Below, piece by piece: positions 20,306 through 30,612 of a stretch of DNA of 50,292 bases (position 1 is the stretch's first letter; every line of letters starts with the position of its first letter). The notes under the pieces were generated by a model. It saw only the letters and a list, made by a program, of their open reading frames with translations, had not been told where the DNA came from and did not search any database. This DNA comes from a virus (taxonomy: Duplodnaviria > Caudoviricetes): IMG/VR virus record IMGVR_UViG_3300005253_000344, positions 1 to 50,292 of that record; one strand, given 5' to 3'. Both the position numbers and the translations under genes were made by a program.

Positions 20306-20689
20306 CTATTTTACCTCTTCCATTTTCACAACTCGCACGATAGCCTCTTCATGTACCTCACCACCAAGTCCGGGACTTACTTTACCTTCTGCGGTGAGTT
20401 CAACCAAACGATTCAATGCTTGCTTTACTACACCGGCTTCACGCTCATCCAGTTCGATTGAATCCTCTTTACAGTCACGAATCTGTTTAGCTACACTAAC
20501 AGCTTCAGCAATATCTTCACCTGTTTTGAAGATGCCTACACCGCGAAGCCATATACTGATGTTTCCACGCAGTGGATATGGTTCTTTCTTGCTCTCAAGT
20601 TCTCGAACTTCTTTACCATCTACTGTTTTGGTGACAGGCACTTGTACTATCACATCATACGTACTTAGATCTAAACGATACTTTTTCAT
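20306..20689 (-). CDS. Hypothetical late protein
   Basis: GAAAGGG RBS; 127 aa. Confidence 0.7.
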   Translation of the reverse strand: MKKYRLDLSTYDVIVQVPVTKTVDGKEVRELESKKEPYPLRGNISIWLRGVGIFKTGEDIAEAVSVAKQIRDCKEDSIELDEREAGVVKQALNRLVELTAEGKVSPGLGGEVHEEAIVRVVKMEEVK

Positions 20690-20724
20690 CTTGTTTCCCT
20701 TTCAAACGTGGGTTGATATTAAGA

Positions 20725-20767
20725 CCCGCTCCGGTGCCCCACGTTTTCAAGGGCACCGGGCTACGGG
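20725..20767 (-). terminator. Strong hairpin after the decoration gene
   Basis: CCCG..CCGGTGCCC / GGGCACCGG..CGGG. Confidence 0.55.
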
Positions 20768-20781
20768 CCATTAGATACTAA

Positions 20782-22002
20782 TTACACACCAGGGATACCG
20801 TCTACTGCAATCAGATAAAATAGAACACCAGCGAGTCTAATAGGAATCGCCTTATCTGCTGTAGTAACTGTAACATCGCCTTGACATGCTACATAATCAA
20901 CAGCATCAGATTCAATACTAAACAGATTAACAAATCCATGATCGGTGGCATCTTTATCAATACGAAAAACCGTATTAACAGCACTTTGGATAGTTCCGCG
21001 TGTACGAACTCTGATACCAAACTCTTCTGTAGCAGCGGCACCTTCACGATTAATGGCGACATCAAGACCACCAAACGTAGCCTTAGTACCAGCAGTTAAA
21101 TCCTGAGCATCAATCTGTAAAGCAATACCAGTGGTAATATTTCCGCTGCTCTGTTTTAGAGAAAGACTGATAGTGTTGGTTATTAGACCCAGTGTACCAT
21201 CTTCTCTGTTACTTACTGAACAGTTCAATCCTCTAAAGGAACAGTTAGAGTCATTAGCAGCCTCATTGTTACCCTTGATAAAGAGCATTCCATGATAATT
21301 ATCTCCGGTGCTGGCTACGCTCTTGTAACCTTCAATCTGCATCAGATATTCCTGTGCTCCTGCTGCACCACCGAAGAAATTGTCACCACTAACGGTAATA
21401 CCGTAAGCCCTACCACTTCTACTATTAGACGGTGCGAGAAACAGACTATTACCACCTATTCCTGGTGCAGCATACATACGCATCCAGCAAAGGCCAGGAG
21501 TGCTACGATCAATAGTTTCAACTGCTACACCTATACCAAGAGGATCACCATCACCAGTATCCTGAGATAAGGTATAAGCACCATCAGCTACACCTAATAC
21601 GGTCTGATTTATAACACAGTTAGCGTCAGTCCAAACTGGGACTATGGCACCTTCCGTAAGCTGGAATATTTCAATGAAGTCACCATCGCCGCCAGCTTTC
21701 TCACCGAGACTCTTAACAATACCGGCAAAGTGAACCAGGTTAGCCCCCTCAGTCGGTTGCTCAACAATAAACAATCTACCAGTATAACTTTGTACACCTT
21801 CGGCATACGTAGTAAAACTATCACCACCAAGTTGACTCGGAGCACTGGTACGTTCTTTGTGATCGCCCACTATATCGCTGTTATAACAAACAGCCTGACC
21901 AACCCTAACTGTATCAGTAGGGGTTGCTGGACGAAAGAAAACTCGTTTAGTGCGGCAACCAACATCATAGGCACCTACACTCATATTTTGTATTTTACTC
22001 AT
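20782..22002 (-). CDS. Capsid decoration / head fibre protein
   Basis: Immediately after the capsid gene; cement-like N-terminal domain (VRVGQAV..FAGIV..IGVAVE) plus beta-repeat C-terminus. Confidence 0.55.
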   Translation of the reverse strand: MSKIQNMSVGAYDVGCRTKRVFFRPATPTDTVRVGQAVCYNSDIVGDHKERTSAPSQLGGDSFTTYAEGVQSYTGRLFIVEQPTEGANLVHFAGIVKSLGEKAGGDGDFIEIFQLTEGAIVPVWTDANCVINQTVLGVADGAYTLSQDTGDGDPLGIGVAVETIDRSTPGLCWMRMYAAPGIGGNSLFLAPSNSRSGRAYGITVSGDNFFGGAAGAQEYLMQIEGYKSVASTGDNYHGMLFIKGNNEAANDSNCSFRGLNCSVSNREDGTLGLITNTISLSLKQSSGNITTGIALQIDAQDLTAGTKATFGGLDVAINREGAAATEEFGIRVRTRGTIQSAVNTVFRIDKDATDHGFVNLFSIESDAVDYVACQGDVTVTTADKAIPIRLAGVLFYLIAVDGIPGV

Positions 22003-22084
22003 TTTATTCTCCTGTTATGAATGACGTTATCAAACGTCACCAGGTTAATATTCAGTTACACCAACATGATTGGTGTTGGTTAAA

Positions 22085-23203
22085 TTACGCAACAATCGGT
22101 TTGTGGATTACGAATCCCGCTTGCCTACGATTGACGCACAGGTTATTGTGAGAACCATCCAGGAAGATAGTGAAAGTCGTATGCTGAGTTCTATCAGTCA
22201 TCGGCTCAGTCTCTTCCATCCAATAGCCATCCTGAACATAAGGGATGAACTTCTCAAAGTCCACACAGTAAATCGGGTCCATCTCAGTGGTAGTATCATA
22301 ACTATCATCCAAGTTAAGAACGCCATCAAGTTGAGTAATATAGATAACCGGCAAACGATTCAGGTATACTGTAGCACCGTCATCAATACGGATATTGCCG
22401 AGTACGTCTTTACCACGATGGAAGTCATCTCTTGCATCGGCCAATGTCTGCAACTGCACAATAGTTTTAGCATTAACATAAACTCTTTTAGCGGCATTAC
22501 GCGGTTGTGACGGATCATTAAGAATTTGCGGAGCTTTGAACTTGGTTCTTGTAAAAGCTGTTCGGAAAGTCTCAAGCAAAGCATTATCTACCTTGGTGTA
22601 CACGCCCGCCCAGTTAGCCCATCTTGGCTCAGTAGTTGTGCTAATACCTGCACAAGTGACGCTCGTATTACCATCCTGGAATACAACTTTCAAACCGCTA
22701 AAACCAGCAGTTGTTACACCGCCACCTAAGAAGTTAAGATAATACGGCACACCATATGGATTCAAATCATCGGTTGCACTATCCGGGGTTTTCCAAAAAC
22801 GCTCTTCGATTAGATCTGCAAGACTCCACAGACCATCGATTCGTCTGGTTTCGAGCAAACGAATGAAACCCCTTGCGGAATTAGCATTACGTTTAATTTC
22901 AAGAATATCCCACGAATAATGTGTACCTATCTGACACCAAGGTACATCAATCTCAACCATCACATCCGACACGGCGGGATCATCGGTATCGAAAAGTCTA
23001 CGATAACGAGCATTCCCGGTCGGACTGAACATAACTTTACGTTTGATTGAAGTCCCACCATCAATCTCCATCCGTTCTCTCTGATAGATACGACAGGCTT
23101 CGTAGTCGTTATTCGTCCACGTTACCTCAAAGTATTGCTCAGGAAGATTCGGCAGAGTGGTTGCTATAAGATCAATCAAATCTGCATTCTTTGTTCCAGC
23201 CAT
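22085..23203 (-). CDS. Major capsid protein
   Basis: 372 aa following portal and scaffold; AAGGAG RBS; IDGGTSI..., terminal NRRQAGFVI pattern typical of HK97-fold coats. Confidence 0.8.
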   Translation of the reverse strand: MAGTKNADLIDLIATTLPNLPEQYFEVTWTNNDYEACRIYQRERMEIDGGTSIKRKVMFSPTGNARYRRLFDTDDPAVSDVMVEIDVPWCQIGTHYSWDILEIKRNANSARGFIRLLETRRIDGLWSLADLIEERFWKTPDSATDDLNPYGVPYYLNFLGGGVTTAGFSGLKVVFQDGNTSVTCAGISTTTEPRWANWAGVYTKVDNALLETFRTAFTRTKFKAPQILNDPSQPRNAAKRVYVNAKTIVQLQTLADARDDFHRGKDVLGNIRIDDGATVYLNRLPVIYITQLDGVLNLDDSYDTTTEMDPIYCVDFEKFIPYVQDGYWMEETEPMTDRTQHTTFTIFLDGSHNNLCVNRRQAGFVIHKPIVA

Positions 23204-23216
23204 GTGTTACTCCTTT

Positions 23217-24356
23217 TTACTTCTTGAACACACTATCCAGTTTCTGCTGAACAGTAAGTTCCAATTCACTTCTGTTTCTGGGTTTAGATGATTCGGTGTT
23301 CAAACTATCACCTGTGCGTTTACTATCAGATGGTCTAAATGTCATACTTTTCTTACGCTTAGTTGCAGTTGCTTTCAAACCATTGCGTATGACCTGTTTT
23401 CTAATAGGTTCGGTGACAATGAAATGAGCTTTCTCAAGAGCTTGTTCTACTTCGATTTTCTGACCCCTCATGCTATGCCCGGCTATGATATATTCAGCCT
23501 CTTGAATAACGGTCAGCCTATTAACCTGTTGGCCATTAGTAAGATCTCCTGGGATCTGGCCGAGTTCAAGTTTACCATAGAACTTCTCATAAGGTACCAT
23601 TGTGTCAGCATTGAAGAAAGTATTAATCCTCTGGTCAATGGCGAGATTACCCGCCGCAGTAGCTCGTGCGGTAGCAGTTTCATAATTCTGTTGTGTCTGT
23701 GGAACAGATTGTACTTGTTGAATAGGTTTAGCCTTTTTCTCCAATCCTGCGACAACAACATCAATCAGTGGATCATCAGGATACTCTTTCCTAATCTTAG
23801 CGATCAATGCTTTTGTTTCAGGATCTTCCTGCACAACTGTTTCAGTAACAGTCTGTTCTGTAACCTTGACACGTTCTTGTTCAATCTTCGCACGGCCTAA
23901 TTCTGACCATTCCCTTGAAGCGTTATTAACACTCAAGTAGCAACTTTCGAGCAACTTCATTGCCGATTTGGGATTGCTCTTTACCATCTCATCAACGGCT
24001 TCTTTGTCCAATCCATTGTGGACGGCGGCTCTGTAGTAAGCATCTGGGATGTTAGTCTCGCCATCTTTCTCTTCCACTCCCGAGGTAGATTCAGTTGACT
24101 CAGTTTGAGATTCTGTCTGATTGATTTCCTTTTCGACATTATCATCCGTAACTTCAGAGGTAGAATCACCATCTGTTTCATCTGAAACTGTCGTTTCTTC
24201 TTTCGTAATCTCACGCAGATTGTCTAATCGCTCTTGCACTGTGTTGACAAGTTTAACATCATCAACAGCCGCATTCGCATCTTTTAGAGGCTCTGCGTGT
24301 TCGGTCTCAGTTTTCGTTTCCGTGACCTGTTCTTGATATTCCATTGCCTTCCTCAT
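23217..24356 (-). CDS. Capsid scaffolding protein
   Basis: Acidic low-complexity N-terminus, helical body, basic C-terminus; directly upstream of the capsid gene. Confidence 0.7.
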   Translation of the reverse strand: MRKAMEYQEQVTETKTETEHAEPLKDANAAVDDVKLVNTVQERLDNLREITKEETTVSDETDGDSTSEVTDDNVEKEINQTESQTESTESTSGVEEKDGETNIPDAYYRAAVHNGLDKEAVDEMVKSNPKSAMKLLESCYLSVNNASREWSELGRAKIEQERVKVTEQTVTETVVQEDPETKALIAKIRKEYPDDPLIDVVVAGLEKKAKPIQQVQSVPQTQQNYETATARATAAGNLAIDQRINTFFNADTMVPYEKFYGKLELGQIPGDLTNGQQVNRLTVIQEAEYIIAGHSMRGQKIEVEQALEKAHFIVTEPIRKQVIRNGLKATATKRKKSMTFRPSDSKRTGDSLNTESSKPRNRSELELTVQQKLDSVFKK

Positions 24357-24411
24357 ATTACTATCCTTTCAATTAAGCTGCTCAACAACAAGTTGAGGGT
24401 AGGTTAATTAC

Positions 24412-24516
24412 TTAGGTTAAAAACACTAAATTATAAACTAATGCTCCCAATACTGAACCAACTATAACACATCCGAGAAATAAAAATATAAGATCTCCTT
24501 CGTCTATTCGGTTCAT
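24412..24516 (-). CDS. 34-aa single-TM peptide (not in ORF track)
   Basis: MNRIDEGDLIFLFLGCVIVGSVLGALVYNLVFLT; GAGG RBS; ATGA-coupled. Confidence 0.6.
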   Translation of the reverse strand: MNRIDEGDLIFLFLGCVIVGSVLGALVYNLVFLT

Positions 24517-24857
24517 GTTATCCTCACTCCCTCTGGTTTCAATTTTTGGCGATCCTTCACTATATTACAATCGTCCAAATATTTCTGATGTGTCTGAACA
24601 TTATCAAAAATAGGACGATTCGCACTATCTAATTTTATATCAGGAAATCTCTGTTCATGTTCTGTACGTTGGCTCGGACTAATCGCCAATGAATCAGAGT
24701 GTATCGGTCTTTTGTAACTCATGCCCTTATTATGAAAACTGTATACCCGATACATTTTTTCACCGCACCCACACGCAAGAAGTTCTTTAGACCGACTCAT
24801 TGGCCATGTCACTTCCTGTTTACGCCCACAACCACAAGCAAATTTATATAGTGGCAT
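24513..24857 (-). CDS. FmdB-like zinc-ribbon protein
   Basis: MPLYKFACGCG...CGCGEKM.R. Confidence 0.75.
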   Translation of the reverse strand: MPLYKFACGCGRKQEVTWPMSRSKELLACGCGEKMYRVYSFHNKGMSYKRPIHSDSLAISPSQRTEHEQRFPDIKLDSANRPIFDNVQTHQKYLDDCNIVKDRQKLKPEGVRIT

Positions 24858-25084
24858 TATTTTTTCCTCTTTAGTCTACGCAATATATCATCTGCTGTTT
24901 CTCTTCCCTGGCCATAGTATGCAATCTTTTTTCCTTTAGGGGGTTTCTTCTTTTTTTGTCCTGCAAGATATTTCTTTCCTGCCGGACTATGTTTAACACC
25001 TTTAGCCAAAATCCCGACAGCTTCTTTAAGCCTGGAAACCCAGTTACTTTTTTTCTTTGGTGAATTATGTTTATACGCTGGCAT
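24857..25084 (-). CDS. Small highly basic protein
   Basis: Lys-rich; likely start MPAYKH. Confidence 0.6.
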   Translation of the reverse strand: MPAYKHNSPKKKSNWVSRLKEAVGILAKGVKHSPAGKKYLAGQKKKKPPKGKKIAYYGQGRETADDILRRLKRKK

Positions 25085-25313
25085 CTTTTTTCTTTCCAAA
25101 TACTTTTTTCAATTTAGCTGAAGTCTTAACTAAAAGATCGGCTTTATCCTCAAGTTTATCAGCTTCCCTGTTCATCTCTTTAACAACAACTGCAAGAAAT
25201 TTAGGTTTTGCTTCAATTTCTGCTGCTTCACGCATTGTTCTCACAGCATTCTCAACTTCCCATTTATCGTAACCACCAATCTTTTTTGAACTATCTTCTG
25301 TTATACATGCCAT
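25071..25313 (-). CDS. Hypothetical protein
   Basis: AGGAG RBS; 80 aa after the portal. Confidence 0.65.
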   Translation of the reverse strand: MACITEDSSKKIGGYDKWEVENAVRTMREAAEIEAKPKFLAVVVKEMNREADKLEDKADLLVKTSAKLKKVFGKKKDASV

Positions 25314-25315
25314 AA

Positions 25316-27100
25316 TTATACTCCTGGTTCTGAGGTCCTGGCACTCTGTGATTCGTTTGCACCTATCTGTTCTGTTTGTTTTCTCTCCTGAAATGGAGAT
25401 TGTACTTTAGCTTGTTGTGCGACACCTTTAGTACCACCACTCTGCCCAGGTGTAGCCTTACCTGCTGGTTGTGGATTCATCGCCATTCGTAATTGAATAC
25501 GCTGCATAAACTGTGGATCATCGAACCAATCTCGAACATCTTCAAGGATACCCATTTCTTCCGCAATATCAGTTAAGGATGTCTGAACATTAAATGGCAA
25601 TCCCATATTCATTGCTACCATAGCAGAGTTCATTATACTTTGCATAATATTAGTACCGAACTCTACAATGCGTTTAGTCCTAACAGCCGGATCAAGGCGT
25701 GACATCGATCTTGCTTTAATGGTAAATGTATAATCAAGAAAGTCACCGTCTCTTTGTTCCGGTGTTAGATGCAACTGAACATTCTCACTACCTGGTTTCC
25801 TTCTGGAAAGCATAATATCCATAAACGGATCAGTATGTAAATACCAAGCTCTCTTCTCAGCAGTATCCGCAGCAAAATCATAAATCATCCCACGTGCATC
25901 TTCAATAGTTATAGTCGCGTTGGCTTGCAAAATGTTAGCCTGTGTCGCTGATTCAGCATTAGATACCAGACCAGACATCTGATCTGGATTACCCGACATG
26001 TAGTTATGCCATATCTGACACTGTTGAAGCATGGCTTCACTTTTCACATTGTTACCACCATAAGTAATCACTTTAACGGTATCAGGATTACCCATCACTG
26101 TGCCGCCATCTTCAGTAGTTCTTATATCCTCAGCTTCATCAGCACCAGCCGGATCTACAATAGCAATACTCTTTTCGCGGTCAGCTTGATTCATGTTTTT
26201 GACCATCATTTTATTAGCCATCACATGCAGATCATAATGAATCCCAACTGGGGCCACTGGAAATGGATTGCCCGGCACTGGTTGTGTCAAAGCAAGTATA
26301 GAATATGGTCCTTCTTTCGGACCATAATAATCTCGTGCAGCAAGATATTCAGGGAAAATTATTTGTTTTGGATCTGGTATAGTGATCAACGCATTGGCCC
26401 CAGGAACAAATACTTCTACCACATCAACAAAATCCTGAAGCTCATACATTTCACTATCACTGAAGTTTCTCTTGCTAAGAGATTCAACTTTATCTTTAGC
26501 ATTAGGATGAGTTGACTTCGGTATCTTCATTACAAGATCATGATCCATCTCATCGTCATCCAACAAAATCTGTCGCGGAACTCGATTTCTATCACCCATG
26601 AACGCAGCTTTGCGATAATCTTTACACGATGGATCTGCGGTGAGATCATCGAAATCAACAAGATCTGTGTACACCTGTCCTTCGTCAATGAATATATCAC
26701 CGAAATTCAGTATTTGCCCGCCACCAGCCAAACCAGTTTTAGCTATCCCCATCATGAAGAAAGCGTCAACAATAGCAGCCCTTAGTGTATCTTTAATCTT
26801 TATTTGCTTGTCGCCTTTGTCTAATGCGAGTCCAAGCAAATAAGCATATTGTTCGTATTCTACGATTTCAGTTGATACTTTGTTGACTCCACTTTTCATC
26901 ACGAGATTCGGAACAGTGGCCCGAATCGTATTGAATATCAAGTTGATTGGTTCTTCACCAGTCAAGCCGTACTCAGATGCGTAATAGCGACCTACATATT
27001 CCTTGATAAACATCGCTCTCGCTCTTCGGTGGCGTTTGTTCCTCTCGAATCCCTGCTTAACTGCAAGAGCAAATTTAGAAGGTGTAAAGTATTCTGGCAT
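25316..27100 (-). CDS. Portal protein
   Basis: 594 aa directly after TerL; PINLI, SATQANI and Gln/Pro-rich tail typical of podovirus-type portals. Confidence 0.85.
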   Translation of the reverse strand: MPEYFTPSKFALAVKQGFERNKRHRRARAMFIKEYVGRYYASEYGLTGEEPINLIFNTIRATVPNLVMKSGVNKVSTEIVEYEQYAYLLGLALDKGDKQIKIKDTLRAAIVDAFFMMGIAKTGLAGGGQILNFGDIFIDEGQVYTDLVDFDDLTADPSCKDYRKAAFMGDRNRVPRQILLDDDEMDHDLVMKIPKSTHPNAKDKVESLSKRNFSDSEMYELQDFVDVVEVFVPGANALITIPDPKQIIFPEYLAARDYYGPKEGPYSILALTQPVPGNPFPVAPVGIHYDLHVMANKMMVKNMNQADREKSIAIVDPAGADEAEDIRTTEDGGTVMGNPDTVKVITYGGNNVKSEAMLQQCQIWHNYMSGNPDQMSGLVSNAESATQANILQANATITIEDARGMIYDFAADTAEKRAWYLHTDPFMDIMLSRRKPGSENVQLHLTPEQRDGDFLDYTFTIKARSMSRLDPAVRTKRIVEFGTNIMQSIMNSAMVAMNMGLPFNVQTSLTDIAEEMGILEDVRDWFDDPQFMQRIQLRMAMNPQPAGKATPGQSGGTKGVAQQAKVQSPFQERKQTEQIGANESQSARTSEPGV

Positions 27101-27102
27101 CT

Positions 27103-29022
27103 CTATCCTCTAAAATCAAATTTAGACCGCCAACCTTTAGGTTTGGCACGTCTTTGTTTCAGTGCGGCTCTACGTCCAGCCGGTGTTCGCATGTCGTTTC
27201 GTGCTTCTGATGTCGTTTGCTTAGTCCTCATCTTATAATATTTATCTTCTATCGTAAGTGCATCAGCCATCGTTCTGTCACCATGAGTTTTCTTAGCAGA
27301 AGAACTCTCCTCGACTAAACATGCAGGGCCAACACCACCACTATCATAATAAATATAAGTCTTGGCCTCTTCAAGCGATATTATAGAATGATTAATATAA
27401 CCGCCATGAGCTAATGCACGATCATACGCATTAAGTAATTCACCTTTAGACTTCTCATTATTATGCCAACCATATTTCTTAGTTTTCTTATCCCTAATAT
27501 TACCAACTTTAACATCACGGTAATAGTATGGATAATGAAACTCTTTAACTATTCTCTTGCCAAAGTCATAGCCAGGATCACCGTTCATCTCCCATTTCAG
27601 AAACGGAAGTTTCTTACGACCGCCAACCCATAATGCCAGTGCCATAGCGATACGAGCCATCTCAAACGGCGGTGTGTTAGCATCGGCCCACTCACCTACC
27701 TTCTCACCAGTCTGTCTACACTTAATCGATCCGACCGAATTAGAAGCACCCTGGCCCTTAGACAAATCAAACCCGATGACATAATCATAGTTCTGATCCA
27801 ACCTACCATTTACAAGATTGACCCAGATCTTGAGTCTGCCCTTCACTGCCCTTTTACACGATACCCTCTTGAGATCCTTTTTCTTCAGGATCATTGGGAT
27901 ACTGTCACTCGGTGTTCCCCTTACCAGATCTACATCCCAACACGTCTTAGGTTGTTTACCGAATATAGCTATGTGTTTATCAATGTTAGTTATAGTGAAG
28001 AATGACGAACCGGCCTCAAGGTCATCGGCATCAATCTCCCTTGCCATCTCCCGTGGTGATCTAACTGTGTCCTCTATGTCGTACCACGGTGATCTGATCT
28101 TCCAGGCATTCGTCACTGAATCTTGAACTACATGGCGACCCTTGCCCTTATCTGGATGATCCCACCACATCAACGGAAACACTATAATCGTTCCATCGTT
28201 CTTCCACTTGGAATATTCAGTTCCGGGTCCGGCCACTGTACTATTCACAATACGCATCAGTGCTGCATCTCTTGTCGCACTACGCATCAGCCGACCATGT
28301 TTCACTTTAGCAAACTCGTCCAACAGAGCAACCAACCGTCTGTCACCTGATGCTGCATGTTCCGTGGTCGATTCACCATCAATACAAGAACCATTGAGAA
28401 TGTTAAACAGGTGCATTTTGGTACGGTATTTCTGGCCAACACCACAGTGAGGTGGTATCATCCATTCAGGCAACCAGGTATTGATATAGTCATGCTTTTG
28501 GAATAAAGCTTTCATGTTGCCAGCTTGGTCAACGTATGGTTCAGTTCTTGATAACTCAAGAAGTTGTGAATTAGGTCTGAACAACCACAACCAGTGCATG
28601 AAAATCGTACAAATCCAACTTGCACCCATATCACGCGACTTATTGATCAAGATGTCTTTAGCGTTAGCAAGATGCCATACCAGACGTTCAAACAAGATGT
28701 CCTGAATTTCCCATGTATTAAACGGGTTGTGGACTTCTAAGGCTTCATGCCGTTCCCCAGTGTCACCAGAGACATCAAATTGATGAAAAGTCCAGACGAA
28801 AGTGTTCACCCAGAACAAAAGGCTTTCCCTACTCGCAGCCATCAGATCATCCTGAAAACCTTTATCGTACTCTGCGTCACGTAAGATCTCTGCCCTGTAG
28901 TCAATGTTAGCTATCTCTCTCTTCGGTACGATCAATCCGGTATTGGTACATTTCCAAAACTCAGGGATGTTTGGAAAAGGTGTCGCAAGTTCTGGCTTCA
29001 GTTTTTCGGTTACATCGATCAT
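27103..29022 (-). CDS. terL: Terminase large subunit
   Basis: Walker A-like KSRDMGASW; Walker B LLDEFA; coupling NST; nuclease GFDLSKG...HGDRTMA. Confidence 0.92.
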   Translation of the reverse strand: MIDVTEKLKPELATPFPNIPEFWKCTNTGLIVPKREIANIDYRAEILRDAEYDKGFQDDLMAASRESLLFWVNTFVWTFHQFDVSGDTGERHEALEVHNPFNTWEIQDILFERLVWHLANAKDILINKSRDMGASWICTIFMHWLWLFRPNSQLLELSRTEPYVDQAGNMKALFQKHDYINTWLPEWMIPPHCGVGQKYRTKMHLFNILNGSCIDGESTTEHAASGDRRLVALLDEFAKVKHGRLMRSATRDAALMRIVNSTVAGPGTEYSKWKNDGTIIVFPLMWWDHPDKGKGRHVVQDSVTNAWKIRSPWYDIEDTVRSPREMAREIDADDLEAGSSFFTITNIDKHIAIFGKQPKTCWDVDLVRGTPSDSIPMILKKKDLKRVSCKRAVKGRLKIWVNLVNGRLDQNYDYVIGFDLSKGQGASNSVGSIKCRQTGEKVGEWADANTPPFEMARIAMALALWVGGRKKLPFLKWEMNGDPGYDFGKRIVKEFHYPYYYRDVKVGNIRDKKTKKYGWHNNEKSKGELLNAYDRALAHGGYINHSIISLEEAKTYIYYDSGGVGPACLVEESSSAKKTHGDRTMADALTIEDKYYKMRTKQTTSEARNDMRTPAGRRAALKQRRAKPKGWRSKFDFRG

Positions 29023-29023
29023 A

Positions 29024-29458
29024 CTATGGATTTTTCAAAGAGCTTTTTGCTATTTGGGCAAGGCGTTTCTTGCCTTGTTCAGATACTTTATCTGCTGCCG
29101 TTGCTTTGTCACCACCGGGCTTAACATCCATCGGAACTACTCTACCTTCCATGCGGTCCCAAACCAAACAAATGAAAGTCTTATCAGGTCTATGAACAAC
29201 ATCCTTAACGCCAGTTTTAACCCCCTTCGCATACACATCTTCCTGTTCAGTGTAACCAAGGGCGGATTTAACCACATGCCTCGCAATAGCTTCAGCCTTA
29301 GTCACCATCACGGCTTCCTCACCCCTGGCTTTTATCAGAGGATCGTCATGTTCCTCATTAAGAATTTCGCGGATATATTTCGACAGCAGTTTACCGGCTG
29401 CTATTTTTCTTCCGTGTTCGCTTTTTTCTGGTTTATCGGGCACCCACACACCTCTCAT
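29024..29458 (-). CDS. Probable terminase small subunit
   Basis: Directly upstream of TerL; helical with WDRMEGR motif; start may be GTG at 29443. Confidence 0.6.
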   Translation of the reverse strand: MRGVWVPDKPEKSEHGRKIAAGKLLSKYIREILNEEHDDPLIKARGEEAVMVTKAEAIARHVVKSALGYTEQEDVYAKGVKTGVKDVVHRPDKTFICLVWDRMEGRVVPMDVKPGGDKATAADKVSEQGKKRLAQIAKSSLKNP

Positions 29459-30053
29459 ATGCTTCTAAGATACTCTTGCCGCTCTCGCACAAAGTAATAC
29501 CACCACCATCTACAGGACCACTGACACAAATACCGATCACCCGGCCCTTAGAATCATATAATGGGCCGCCGCTACTACCATGTGCACCTTCGGCATCAGC
29601 CTGTAAAAGATCTTCCCATTGATAACGATCTCTGTCGAGGTGAGATAATATTCCTTTTGTTATAGTAAACTTAAAATCTGGACTATATGGTGTTCCTACA
29701 AGAAACACAGTATCCCCGATGTAACCTGGTATTGCTATGACTTTAGCGATATTAAGTTCATCGGCTTCTACAAAAATAAAACCAACATCTTCCTTGGCAT
29801 CAATATAAAAATCACCGGATTCCAGTATAGTCCCATCAGTAAGTTCCACAGTAAGATTTGGATATTCCAAAACATGTGCAGCAGTAAGAATCACATCATC
29901 ATGTATAAACACACCAGATCCGAATCCATAATCATTACGTATCAGCACTGAAGCATTTACCATATTCTCATATATGTTGGGTTTCCTATTTGAGAAACCG
30001 ACTAACCCAAGAGTCAATAACGCGACAACCGCACATAGTATCAATCCTTTCAT
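29433..30053 (-). CDS. Trypsin-like serine protease with N-terminal signal/TM
   Basis: GSGVFI; LTAAHV; EDVGFI; GSSGGPL catalytic triad motifs. Confidence 0.92.
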   Translation of the reverse strand: MKGLILCAVVALLTLGLVGFSNRKPNIYENMVNASVLIRNDYGFGSGVFIHDDVILTAAHVLEYPNLTVELTDGTILESGDFYIDAKEDVGFIFVEADELNIAKVIAIPGYIGDTVFLVGTPYSPDFKFTITKGILSHLDRDRYQWEDLLQADAEGAHGSSGGPLYDSKGRVIGICVSGPVDGGGITLCESGKSILEAYERCVGAR

Positions 30054-30403
30054 CCTGCTAACTTCCTCACATATGCTACCTTACTACCTTCATTAGCTTC
30101 AAAATACAGAGTAGTTGACCCATACGGCATACGAAAGATATAATTGACATTGGCCATAAATATCCATTCTATATTAGCTGCCGTTGATGTCACTCCCGTT
30201 ATACTTGCAAGCATTACTTTGCCTGCCGTTCCTACAAATGTAATAACATACATCTGTCCGGCTACCAATGTCTGCGTATAATCAGCACCAGAACTGGCAA
30301 TCGTCAACGTAATACCACTTGCAGCTACGGGATTAGCACATTCAACCATAGCCGGGACGCGGTTGCCTGAATTGTCGTTTGAATATACTTCACTAACTGG
30401 CAT
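30050..30403 (-). CDS. Hypothetical beta-rich late protein
   Basis: AAGGAG RBS; coupled ORF. Confidence 0.65.
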   Translation of the reverse strand: MPVSEVYSNDNSGNRVPAMVECANPVAASGITLTIASSGADYTQTLVAGQMYVITFVGTAGKVMLASITGVTSTAANIEWIFMANVNYIFRMPYGSTTLYFEANEGSKVAYVRKLAG

Positions 30404-30612
30404 TATCTTTCTCCTTTTCTTGTTATCGCACTATCTATAATCGCTCGCTGAACCCGGCCCTGATGTTTCTTCTGGACCATCACATCTAAGATCTTCTTAC
30501 ACCTAACCGGATTCATAGTATTCATGGCCCGTTTGATAAACTCCGTACGGGGGATGTTCTGTTGCTCTGGGGGGAAACTGTCATACACTTTAGCTATCTG
30601 TTGTTGATTCAT
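30403..30612 (-). CDS. Hypothetical protein
   Basis: ATGA/TAATG-coupled ORF. Confidence 0.6.
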   Translation of the reverse strand: MNQQQIAKVYDSFPPEQQNIPRTEFIKRAMNTMNPVRCKKILDVMVQKKHQGRVQRAIIDSAITRKGER

